In this document: positions 1 to 11,233 of the stretch, piece by piece
How the letters are laid out: the number at the start of each line of letters is the position of its first letter
Numbering within the stretch: position 1 is the stretch's first letter
Position numbers and translations under genes: made by a program
The notes under the pieces: model-generated
Databases searched by the model: none
Told to the model about the DNA's origin: nothing
What the model saw: only the letters and a program-made list of their open reading frames with translations
NCBI GenBank assembly: GCA_010093605.1
Contig: MU004187.1
Coordinates: 2,036,882-2,100,881 of the forward strand
Length of the DNA stretch: 64,000 nt
Origin: Lophium mytilinum
Lineage: Eukaryota
Direction: 5' to 3'

Positions 1-866
1 GCCCTGACGGGTACGACTTCCACAAGTCCAACACCGCCGAAAGATTCCGCATCATGGGCGATGCGCTGAAAAAGCAAAACCGCACGATTCTCTACAGTCT
101 TTGCGAGTGGGGCGAGGCTAATCCGTAAGTGACCTTACAATATATACCTAGTCCCATTTATCAATACGCACTAACGCATACTGGCACCCGCAGACAACAA
201 TGGGGCAACGACACCGCCGCCTCCTGGCGCATGTCCGGCGACATCTCCCCCAGCTGGAGCCGCATTGTCGAAATTCTCAACGAGAACTCCTTCTACCTCA
301 ACTACGTCGACTTTTGGGGCCACGCCGACCCGGACATGCTGGAAGTCGGCAACGGCGATCTCACGCCCGCCGAAACCCGCTCCCACTTCGCTCTCTGGGC
401 CGCCATGAAGTCCCCTCTCCTCATTGGCACCGCCCTCGACAAGCTCTCCGACGCCAATGTTGCAATCCTGAAGAACAAGCACCTTCTCGCCTTCAACCAG
501 GACGCCGTCGTCGGCAAGCCAGCTATGCCATACAAGTGGGGCACGAACCCGGACTGGACCTTCAATGCGACGTGGCCTGCGGAGTTCTGGGCGGGGGATA
601 GCCAGGCAGGCGTCTTGGTCCTCTTGTTCAATCCAGCTGGAGAGACCGTAGAGAAGTTCGCGAACTTCACGGAGATTCCAGGCGTGACAGCGGGTGAGAT
701 GTATGAGGTGGTGGATATCTGGACAGATACGAAGCTGGGCTGCTTTGGGGGCGGGGTCGTGGCGCATGTGGACAGTCATGATACCGCTGGGTTCTTGCTC
801 AAAAAGGGGTGTGGGTATGGGTATGGATACAAGCGTGGGAAGAGGTCGAGTAGAATTTGGAGCTAG
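1..866 (+). CDS. GH27 alpha-galactosidase, 3' part (gene starts before the window); intron 125-193
   Basis: Spliced reading gives ...[30 protein letters not shown]...[11 protein letters not shown]...[19 protein letters not shown], all typical GH27 motifs. Intron has GTAAGT at 125, a CTAAC branch site and CAG at 191-193. Confidence 0.93.
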
Positions 867-1448
867 ACTAAGATTCGGTGATAGACGGGTAGTCTAGAGA
901 CTAGGAGGGTTAATACACTAGAAAGTGCTCATCTTTCTCCAGATTTGTGTAATCCTCTTGAAGTGTGGAAGCAGTGATAAGCTGTTTAGTGTACACAAAA
1001 CTGCTGGCAAGACACTGTAGTTTTGTTTCTCATGCTAATGCCGAAGTGGTAACTCTTTATTAGAAGAAGCTCTACACATACTAACCAGCAGCACATAGAA
1101 AGACCAAACTCCTCCGCGCGAGAGACCAGGTAGAGGATCCCCAGAATGTATTTCTTTGCCAATGCAATACCGCACATTGCGTATCGCAGATAGATGCGCT
1201 TGAAGTCATCGCATATCATCTCACTCTGCCACTTCCAGGCACTGCATTAAAGCCGTCTGCGCAGACTCAAAGACATCTAAGGATGGCAAACCCCTTAATC
1301 TTTCAACAGCAAAGAAATTAGAGCCCATTGGAAACCAGAGAACTACACATCCCCCTTCATCATTAATAATCCACAAATCTCTTCAACTTCCAAAGCACCA
1401 CCCCACCTCCCCATGAAGACCCAGGTGCCCATTTCTTCATCCGTTTCA

Positions 1449-1845
1449 CTAGTTCCCACTCCCCTGCGCAGGCTTGAATGCTTTGATCCTCTGCTCCATA
1501 TACTTCGGGTCTAATAACGGCGACGGCATCGCGTATGGATTGAACTCCGTCACTGCACTATCATCAAAGACCATTTCGACCAATATAAGTTTTTCTGGAC
1601 TCACCTTTGAACTTTCGCTTGTTAGGTGAGGAGACAACGGGCAGGTCGCTCTGCACAGTTGCGGATTGCGTGGACGAAGTTGACGAGAGTGGGGTGGTGG
1701 GTTTGTGCAGGGGGGATTTAGAGAGGAGGGGGCGGGAGGATTTGGGCTTGGGGTTTTTGTCGATGGGAAGCATGACGGTGTCCGAAGAGGTAGTTTGGAT
1801 TGCTGGTTTCTGTATATAGAGGGCACGAAACAGGATAGGTGACAT
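1449..1845 (-). CDS. small hypothetical Ser/Pro/Lys-rich protein; exon structure uncertain (possible short intron starting GTGAGT near 1604)
   Basis: ORF 1564-1845 plus a possible spliced 3' exon in the 1449 frame. Divergent from the MYND gene. No domain recognised. Confidence 0.3.
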
Positions 1846-1942
1846 AGTTGTGCATTGAAATAGGTGGCTGGTAGATTAAGCTCCACTTTGCGTGTGATAG
1901 GAAATACGCAGGCTGTGACCTAGGAAGCACCACTTAATTTCT

Positions 1943-1963
1943 ACGCGAGACGCGTAAACGCGT
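1943..1963. promoter_or_regulatory. cluster of MCB-like boxes (ACGCGA, ACGCGT, ACGCGT) in a short divergent intergenic region
   Basis: Sequence ACGCGAgACGCGTaaACGCGT read directly. ACGCGT is the MBF-binding MCB element in ascomycetes. Confidence 0.5.
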
Positions 1964-2077
1964 CCCACCTCAACCCAATGAACGTAATTGACACTACTTC
2001 GTATCGTGAGGTTCCGTCCTATCGTACAATTCAAATCCTCCAGCTGTCCTCAATTGCACTTTATCCAACCAAACACC

Positions 2078-3385
2078 ATGCCGCTCCAACCATGCACAAT
2101 CTGCAACGCCCCAAACGCTAACCTCTGCGGCCGCTGCAAATCAACCGCCTACTGCTCAACCGAATGCCAGCAAGCCGACTGGTTCATCCACCGCAAACTC
2201 TGCCGCTTCTTCTCCAAATTCCTCACTCCCCCCGGCCCCAACTTCCGCCGCGCCATCTTCTTCCCAACCGCCTTCCAATCCGGCGGGCCCCGCCTCACAT
2301 GGGTTGAAATAACCCCCGGCAGCGCCACGCAGACGGGCTACGACAGGCCGCTCTATGATGACCTGCTTAAAATTATTCCAAGCGAGTCAAACTCCCTCGG
2401 TCGGGGCACTACCATGGTCTACGGCAACCGCCTCCGAGCGGGTCGCAACGCCCATGCGATCGAACTAACATACCGCGACGTCCCCGTCGAGATACCAGAA
2501 AACGCCAGTATCGCGATGGTCGGCGGCAGTGGCTGGGAGCCGTGGTACGGGCCGCATATCGCCATGGCGAAGGCGGGGACGCCGCCCTACGACCCGCCGC
2601 ATTACCAGCACATTACGCTCGTCGACTTCCGCGATGTGGTGGACTACTATGCGTTCTATCTGCCGGGCCATGGGAGTGTGTCGAATAGGGAGACGGATGG
2701 CGGCCCGCCGGTTGCACGCAGTATGTTCGCGTCGGCGACGGGGAAGGTGAAGGGCGTGCGGGTGAATTGTCGAGGTGATCGGGAGGTCTGTGGACGGGCG
2801 CAGTTTGAGGTTGTGGATGTGTCGCGGAGGCATCCGTTGTTCAATGTCGAGAGCGATGATCCGTCTGATGTGACGGACTGCTTAGAGGACGGGGGTGTGG
2901 GGGTGGTGCGGAGCCTGGGTGCGAAGCCTTACCCGCCTGATGCTGCGTGGAAGGGCACGGAAGCGTTGCGAGAGAACGCCGTCATCGACGCCTTGTTTGT
3001 GGGACTGCAACCCAAGGAACCAGAGGACGAAGGATGGGCATGCCTTTGGGGCGAGCCGCGGTTCCGAGGAAAAGGCAGCTTCTTGGTTGTTGCTCGCGAC
3101 AAGCAAGACCTCGCGATCGAGGAGGTCGAGGACTTATACAACTTCAGTCGGGACTGTATCCTTCCGTATATTCCTCGTCCTCATCTAGGGGATAGTGAGC
3201 AAGAACGCGCTATTCGCAAGGAAATACAGGACCCAACTTTGATCAAGTTGTCGACAGAGGCGAGGATAACACTGCGCGTCCGCAAAGCTTTTCGTGAGAA
3301 GATTACATATAAGGCGTTTGCTAAGTATTTAGATAGTGATTATGAGGACTCGGACGAAGAAGAAGATTCGGATGAAGATGAATGA
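2078..3385 (+). CDS. MYND-type zinc finger protein with acidic C-terminal tail
   Basis: N-terminus CTICNAPNANLCGRCKSTAYCSTECQQADWFIHRKLC fits the MYND pattern. ATG at 2078 in CACCATG context. Single long ORF. Confidence 0.88.
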   Translation: MPLQPCTICNAPNANLCGRCKSTAYCSTECQQADWFIHRKLCRFFSKFLTPPGPNFRRAIFFPTAFQSGGPRLTWVEITPGSATQTGYDRPLYDDLLKIIPSESNSLGRGTTMVYGNRLRAGRNAHAIELTYRDVPVEIPENASIAMVGGSGWEPWYGPHIAMAKAGTPPYDPPHYQHITLVDFRDVVDYYAFYLPGHGSVSNRETDGGPPVARSMFASATGKVKGVRVNCRGDREVCGRAQFEVVDVSRRHPLFNVESDDPSDVTDCLEDGGVGVVRSLGAKPYPPDAAWKGTEALRENAVIDALFVGLQPKEPEDEGWACLWGEPRFRGKGSFLVVARDKQDLAIEEVEDLYNFSRDCILPYIPRPHLGDSEQERAIRKEIQDPTLIKLSTEARITLRVRKAFREKITYKAFAKYLDSDYEDSDEEEDSDEDE

Positions 3386-5363
3386 AAAGGTTGGAGATAA
3401 GAGGGAAGATAGATATCGAAGTTTCGGCGCAAAGTGCTGTACGGTTCGCATGATTCCAAATTAGATCACAGGCGTTGTCTCGTTTACATCATGAGTAAAC
3501 TAGCATTTTCGTACATAGGAGCTGAAGAGACGACTTCTATCACGAGGTGTGAATGGCGGAATTGATCGTAACGTTATGAACATGAGCGAATTTTCCCTCG
3601 GTCACTTCAACGATACAAGCCAACCTCAGGCGATCAGCTCGTGGCTACTTCATGCAGGTGTCCGCATGCCTCGCGCCTTGCACATTGGAGTAACGCCGGA
3701 TGAGCCGAGCCATGACAGAGACAGGCTTCTGTTCCACCATACGACCTGTAATCGCGAGAAGGTGTCACCGGTGAGTCTTCAATCGAATCATTGTAGCCAA
3801 GGAGCATTCCTGTAATAAGGTGCATTCCAATATATGCATCCTGCAAACAAGGGTTCAGCTTGACCACATGGACACAGCCCTATGGACCTGTCTCCAGGCT
3901 GCCGTCTTCCAGCCCTGGGGTACACATGTCGGTCCTCCAGCTAATGAACTCAGAATAGGGAACGGAATAGAGAAGGGGACCAAGAAAAGGATTGTGTTCG
4001 TTAAGCTGCCCATCTACATACCTTGCGCACTCAATATTGCTGGCGCGTGTTGGTTTGGTTTCACCCTGGGAAGTTTGCAAGCAACCTAGTCCTGTTGGCA
4101 TATGCCACCAATGGGGGCGATGGCACCATCGAGCTTCACCGGAGCTCTGTAGGAGGTACGCTAAGCGACGTTTGTCCCGCGCTCTCGCCCTCGCACTGAT
4201 CTTGGACGGTTGCGGGAGGTGGATTGCGATCGTCTGGTGTCGTCTAGGCGTTCCGGCCATTATGTAACGTTACCTGTGGCTCAGTGACGTTCTGAGTCGA
4301 GATGAGGCGTCACTGTGGCGTCTCTCGATGGGCCACAGGGCTATTAGATCCAAATCTGTCTTGCCGCCCTTTCTCTTATAGATTGTTTGCATCGCCTTGT
4401 AATTCTGACATTTACGTCAGCGGGAGCAAATGGTAGGAACGTGTTCCTGAATGATGACAGCCAGGATGACGCGAGAACGAAAGTTAGCCTTCCAGAATCC
4501 TACCGGCGGCACACACGAATCACGGCCCATCCCCTGGGGAGCTAACTGAGGCCGGTGACCCCTTAATACCATCCCGCGCAAGTCACATGATGTCTTACCG
4601 CCCGAACCACTGCTCAAGCTGGAGTGGCACAGACTCGGGCAGGCAGAGCAGCCGTCTGACAAACAGCCGAGAAGTGTCGACGAGCCAGCTGAGCCGAAGC
4701 AGCAGCCCGAGCCCGGGAGAGTCGCCGATGAAGGGCAACTGACGTCTCTTCCTCGCTGCTGGCGCTGCGCCCTCCTCCTTCCTGGTAGAGCCGACTATTC
4801 CTGGAGATTGGCTGGGGAGACTGGCTCGAGGGGCTGAAGCAGACGGGCGAGTAGGGCGCCAGACCAAGCCTTTTTACGAGACGGGCTCATTTGGAGGCCT
4901 TGGTAGGGGCTCGCGCTGACGGGGGAAGAGGCTGCCTAAGGAAGATGCAGGCTAGTGTAATATAAACACGGCCCGGCGACTGGACGGCGTGCTGGCGCTA
5001 CTGCAGGAACCGCTGCTGCACATCCCGTGTCAAGTCTGCAATTGGCGAGGCCGCCAAAAAGCACGCCCAGGAGGAGCTAGCCTGGAACGAGGCGGCCCGT
5101 GCATGCGTCTAATCCCCCGACGTCTTCTTAACTGCTCTGCCTCTTTCGTTCCTTGCTGCTTTCTTTCTCTCACCCACACCACTCTTCTGCCTTGTGATCA
5201 TTCCCCGAAGCCCAGCTTCAGCCTCTCTTTTCAGCAGCCTTGTGCGCAGTCATTCATTAATATAACTACCACCACCCACACTCTTTCGAGTACCATCCCA
5301 AACACGCTCTTTTGCACCCTAATCGTCTAATATCCACCCCACACCAACCAACACACAGTCAAC

Positions 5364-6321
5364 ATGTACGCCCGATCAGTCCTCGCTGCTTTCGCCGGCC
5401 TCGCTGCCATGGCCTCGGCCTACACCACCCCCGTCTTCCAGAGCACTGGGTACGCCGTCCGCACCCCGGGCCTCGCCGAAGTGAGTACATTTCAGTTCAA
5501 AGCAGATATGCGCATGAGCAACAGAACAATGCGCAAAGCTCGTCTTTGGATGCGCGGGTGAATAAAGGGCCTGGACTAACATTCTACAGATCGTCCCCGT
5601 CGGAACTCCCTACAAGATCACCTGGGACGTCACCAAGCCCGAGCAGAAGACCGTCACTCTGATCTTGCTCCGTGGCCCGTCTACCAACATCAAGTACCTC
5701 TCCACCATCGTTGAGGACACCCCCAACACCGGCTCCTTCGAATGGACTCCCGCTGCCACCCTCGAGCCGGACACCACCCACTACGGTATCCAGCTGATCG
5801 TTGACGCTGATGGCGAGTACCAATGTAAGACTAGCGCACCTGTCAATTCCTGAACCTCAGACCTAACGACCCCAGACACGAGCCAGTTCGGCATCTCCAA
5901 CCCCAGCTACTCCAAGTCCAGCAGCAGCTCTTCCGCCGTCGCCCCCAAGACCTCGTCTGAGTCCAAGTCCGCGTACCCGTCCTCCAGCAGCGCCATTGTC
6001 TCCGCCGCGTCCACCCCCTGCAGCACCTCCAAGGCTGTCGTGACGCCCATCTACAGCGCCAACTCCACCAGCGCGTACATCACCGGTACCGGCACTGCCT
6101 ACTCCACCTTCGTTGCCTCAACTGGCGCGCCCCACCACAACAGCAGCATAATCTACCCCTCCAAGTCCATGACTGTCCCTAGCTCGCTCCTGACCTACAC
6201 CACTGGCTCCGCGCCCTCAGGCACCTCGGCATCCGTGCCTGTCGGCACGGGCGCCGCCGGCCACGTCAAGGCCAGCCTCGGCCTGGCTGGTGCGATCGCT
6301 GGTCTCGTCATGGTGCTATAA
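5364..6321 (+). CDS. secreted Ser/Thr-rich, probably GPI-anchored cell-wall protein with a Kre9/Knh1-like N-terminal domain; introns 5481-5589 and 5825-5875
   Basis: Signal peptide MYARSVLAAFAGLAAMASA. Spliced domain ...TPGLAE/IVPVGTPYKITW...VTLILLRGPSTN...NTGSFEWTP...YGIQLIVDADGEYQ/YTSQFGISN, then a Ser/Thr-rich stalk and hydrophobic C-terminus (GAAGHVKASLGLAGAIAGLVMVL). Confidence 0.9.
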
Positions 6322-7887
6322 GCGTAGCATCATCTCGTTTCAGTTCTGCGTTCCATTTTGGGGGTTCACTGTGTCATGTCTGCATCTGCGAAGTGTAATT
6401 ACGGTATCGGTCAAGTCAAGTACGAAAAGCCACTTTTCATGCACCACCGCATCGGATCTTGAGGGCTTGTGGGGATGATTTGGGTTTTGTTTCAAAGATA
6501 TCAAAAAATCGGTGCTTCGCTCTTTTTGGTTCGACCGGCAAAGCGTTGGCAATAGCTAGCTTTTTGTTGGTTTGGATCGATTGGCTTGCACTGCTAGGTC
6601 TGGTTTAATTGGGAGTCTGTTTAATGAGATTCGGATCGTGTATCGAATCGATTTTATGCCTTTAAAATTTCCTGTGCGAGTGGTGTTGCGAGTGATGTTC
6701 TGGGAGTGTGAAGTGATAGAGAAAAGTCTGACGAGTGGTAGTGCTAATATCGAAGAACTCGTATTGCTGACCGCATAAACATAACCAACACTTCGCAGGC
6801 GTTCATGCATGATGCATCCTGCATGCGCTCGGCTTGTTGGACACTCTGCTCTGGATGGACAAAATCGCCGAGGTGGACAGCACGGTAAGCATGCTGGCGC
6901 GGTTTGTTTCCGTTGCGTCAACCGCTCGCGAGAACAGACGCGTTGATTGGTGGTGTGTGGAAGACATTTCGCTTCAACCTTTTAACTTTATTGCTCATCG
7001 TACTCGTTCTTTGCGTTTGCTTCGACGTCACGCTAGAACACAGGACCTCTAGAACACAGGACTAGCTCGATGGTGTCGGGCCCCTTCCTCTCTAACAAGC
7101 TTACTCAGCATCTGGTGTATATCCTTCCTCATGCTCTCATTAGCTAGCTTCCTCGCCATCATCAATACAACGGCCTTTGGCCCCACATCTGGTCTTGATT
7201 GCTTTTCCATCTGACTGCCGCTCACTGGAAGGGCTGAGTATTGAGATCGCTTAGGTAAAGGACGCGGGGTGCTTTGGGGAAAGGAAGGGATAACCTTAAA
7301 ATGCGACCATATCATCCTCACTTCTCCGAGCATGTGTCGGATCATCGTCACCCGCCTCGCCTTCCGCTGTACTAGGTTTGCTTTGACGGAATCGAGTTCC
7401 TTCTTTAGAACGCCAACAGCGCTTAATCTATTAGGCTGCTCCAGGACTTCTTCCAAGACCAATGCATGTACTCGATGTATGTACCTCCAAGCTTTCATAG
7501 CATCAAAAGGTACCCGTTATCTCTTCATTTCTGCCGATGACCTTCGAATCTCTCCCAGTTGCCTGCAGGGCCGAGATAGCGATGAGTGCCTGCCAAGAAT
7601 AGCTTAGGCGAATACCTCAGGCGTATTGTGGCAAGAGCTTCGAGCAGAAAAAACCCAGCAGCATGCTCTAAGGAGCCACGTGGTGATAGCGAGAGCACCA
7701 TATGCAAGCAACCAGACAGCCTCGAGGGATGCCTTATCGGCTCAGCCTCGCCAACATCGCCCGTCGCATCCCCGCACAGCCTCATTTGAGCTTCAATGGC
7801 GTTTAGTCTCAGCCGCGTCGACGTCTGCTGGCTCTTTAAAGTCCCTAAACCTCCCCCTCCTTCCGCTGATCGAAGTGGAATACCATC

Positions 7888-10840
7888 ATGGTGGTCGACG
7901 CCTTTGCAGCCATCGGCCTCGCGGCCAATATCGCCCAGTTCATTGAGTACATCGTCAAACTCACCAGCGAAAGCCGTGCCATATATGCCTCTTCGTCAGG
8001 GGCGTCCGACAATTCCGACAGTATTTTGTCAATCACACAGGACTTGAATCGATTCGTTAGTGGATTAGTTGTGCACGGCTCGACGTCACCATCCGACCCA
8101 GCCGTCGTCAGCCTCGCCCAGTCGTGCCAGGATGAGGCTGGAAAGCTCATCACTCTTCTCAATGGCCTCAGAGGGACGGGCAAATCCCGCAAATGGGAGA
8201 GCTTCCGCCAAGCAGTCAAAACATTGGGGAAGAAGGAGAAGATCGGAGAGATGCAGCGTAGACTAGACTCATATCGGGGCCTACTAACTATTCATCTCGT
8301 CCGTATGGTCAGGTACGTGATAATCTTGCTAGATACGTCAATATACGTACTAATGAACCTTAAGTGATTCACAGTCAAGTGTATTGCAGGAGATGAAGAC
8401 TTTGGCTTCTACTAGCTCTCGCTTGAATTTGCATACCGCCGACCAGCTTAATCAGCTTCAATCCATGATGGATGACATAAAAATCAAGTCTGAGGAAGCC
8501 AATAGTAAGACTATGCTTGGGGAGCCAGCTGTACCAACCCAGGCGCAGACTTTGTCAACCCCCGAAGGTGACACCTGCACGGTTCCTTTAGACATCATCC
8601 AATCACTACGTTCCATCGTCAATGCAGGAACCCGTATTTCTAAACAGCAACATATTGTTGGCAGTTTGTGGTACACCACTATGCGGATGCGAGAACACAC
8701 CATTGATGAAGCCCACGCGAAGACGTTTTAGTGGACATTTGAGCCTTCCTCCAATCTGAAATACGTTGACTGGCTAACATCGGAGAGTGGGATCTACTAC
8801 ATCTCCGGCAAGCCTGGTAGCGGCAAGTTGACTTTGATGAAGTATCTATGTAACCACTCTCGGACACAGGCCGCTCTCAAACTTTGGGCAGGCCGGGATA
8901 CCCTGATCATAGGACGCTATTTCTTCTGGAATGCCGGAACCGAGATGCAGAAGTCATTGAAAGGTCTCCTGCAATCATTGATTTTTGATTTATTAAGGCA
9001 ATGCCCTTCACTGACAGAACACATGCTGCCAGAAAGATGGAAAGACAATGATTATCATGCCCATGACGCTCACTCTTTGGAGGGATGGAGTCGCTAGAAT
9101 CTCTTCAGTGCATTAGTGCTTCTCTCCAAACAAACTGCACTTCGTTTCAAGCTTTGTGTTTTCGTCGACGGACTTGACGAATACGAGGGGGATCATATGG
9201 AGCTTGTGGATTTCTTGATTTGTCTCACGAAATCGCCTAACATCAAAGTCTGCTTATCAAGCCGGCCATGGAACGTTTTCGAGAACGCATTCGAACACCT
9301 TACCCGCAAGCTGAGGGTTCAAGATCTTACCAGGGATGACATTCGATGCTATGTTCGTGACAGCATAAATCAAGACGCTCGATTTGCTAAGCTCAAAGTC
9401 CGGGATCCACGTTCCCAAGACCTAGTGGAGGAGATTGTCGATAAGGCTGACGGCGTCTTTCTTTGGGTGGTTCTTGTCGTACGGTCACTCAAGCAAGGTC
9501 TACTCAATGCTGATAATATAGCGACGCTCCGCAAGCGCCTTCGCAAACTGCCCGGCGATCTCGACAAGTTCTTTCGACACATTCTCAACCAAGTCGAGGA
9601 CGTCTACTGGGAGGGAACAACTCAGGCTTTTGAAATGGCGCTTACGGCTCAGGAGCCATTGCCTCTGCAAGTGTTCTCAGTTCTTGACGAAGAGAATCCA
9701 GATCATGCAGTCAGTGGACTAATCCCCCATCTTCCACCACCGGCGGTGGAAGATGCGCTCAAAGATCTGGAGAAACGGCTTGATGCCAGATGCAAGGGCT
9801 TGCTTGAAGTCTGCAAACCTCAACGAATCCCTTACGGTGACAACCGATCCTATTGGGGAAGGATTACCGTCAACTTTCTTCACAGGACCGCTCGAGACTT
9901 TCTCAGAATAAGGGAAGTGCAACAGCGTCTTCATGACCGACTTGAAACACCTTTTGATGCCAACGAAGCTATTTGCAAAGGGTATCTAATTCAGATCCGA
10001 TCACTCCAGGGTGGTTTTCACGACTTTGAGGGGACTCTTCATAATATCACGTTCTACGCCCCGAACGTGAGGATAGATTGTCAACGTGCGATCTTAGATA
10101 CATTTTCCAAACTAGTACGAGAAGTCCACGCAGATCCATCTGAGGCTGCAAATTCAGAGTGCGATCTTCACCTTCAGAGACACTTCGTTCAAAAAGGCCT
10201 CCACGATTACCTACGCGACAAACTGCAGCGGAATCCACACGCGTTGACGCCAACCCCAGAACATGGCAGGAAGCTTCTCTACACGGCGCTTTTTCCGAAC
10301 GAAATCGGGTACGACTCGAGAGAAGAGAGAAATGCGCAAATTCTTGGCTCTCCCGAAATGGTTCGCCTGCTTATCGAATCCGGCTGCAATCTGGTATCGA
10401 GCGATCCTGGGTCGGGAACATCACCAGTCGAGGCTTTCTTCTCATTCCTGCGCAGCGCGGCCGTCACGCCCGAGAGACAGGAAAACTGGTACCAGTTGAT
10501 AGATGTCTTTATCCCATATTTACCCTCAACAATATCCTGGGTCCCGGACTTTGGCGGGTTGGCCCAATTTTTCGACGTCATTTCCACGGCTGATCAGGCC
10601 ATGGGGCTCAAGGCGCTATTGCCGGAGATACACTGCTCGAACAACGATGTTCACTCTATGCATTCGGATGAATTGCGGTGCAACTATGAATACCAAACGA
10701 AGGGGAATATAACAGCCCGTGCACCTCACTATTCCGAAGACTTGACACCGCCCTTGAAGCGCCGGCGACTGGACGATCATTTGCGAAGGCCGCCTCATTG
10801 CCTAGAGTTTGAAGCTTCCTACCTAAAAACCCACGATTAG
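7888..10840 (+). pseudogene. NLR-like NACHT (STAND) gene with a HeLo-like/SesA-type N-terminal helical domain; intron 8313-8364; in-frame TAG stops at 8729-8731 and 9095-9097
   Basis: N-terminus MVVDAFAAIGLAANIAQFIEY. One frame continues across both TAGs: ...EAHAKTF*WTF...WL...IYYISGKPGSGKLTLMKYL...YFFWNAG...WSR*NL...FVDGLDE...CLSSRPW...GVFLWV...FLHRTARDFL. Confidence 0.85.
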
Positions 10841-11233
10841 ACCTGGACGGTGATGTCCCAGAAGTATTGGACCAGGGTAGTCGAGACTTTAAGTCTGATG
10901 CCTTCTTCTTTCATTGTCTTCTTGGAGAATCTATCAGCTCTACACCACTCTGATGTTGGAAAATGAGACGGTTGCTACCACAAGCATGATAATGTGCCCT
11001 GGATAGGTCAAGGTCAAACGCGATTGGTACGGCATCCCTTCTGGTTTACGACTCGGGCTAGCTGGGCTCATAATTATATATTGGTTGAAGTCTGATTGAT
11101 TAACTGATAGATCTAAGAGGTATGAGAACCATATGAACAATTTGGAAGATTATTTATACAGAGAAGCTAAATACGCTTAAAGAGAACAACATTCTACCAC
11201 GCTTGTGCTTGAGGGTCATCCCGGACGTCTAAT

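Noticed and set aside
6556..7790. Several 70-150 aa ORFs upstream of the first NACHT gene
   Set aside because: Overlapping on both strands with no domain or coherent gene model.
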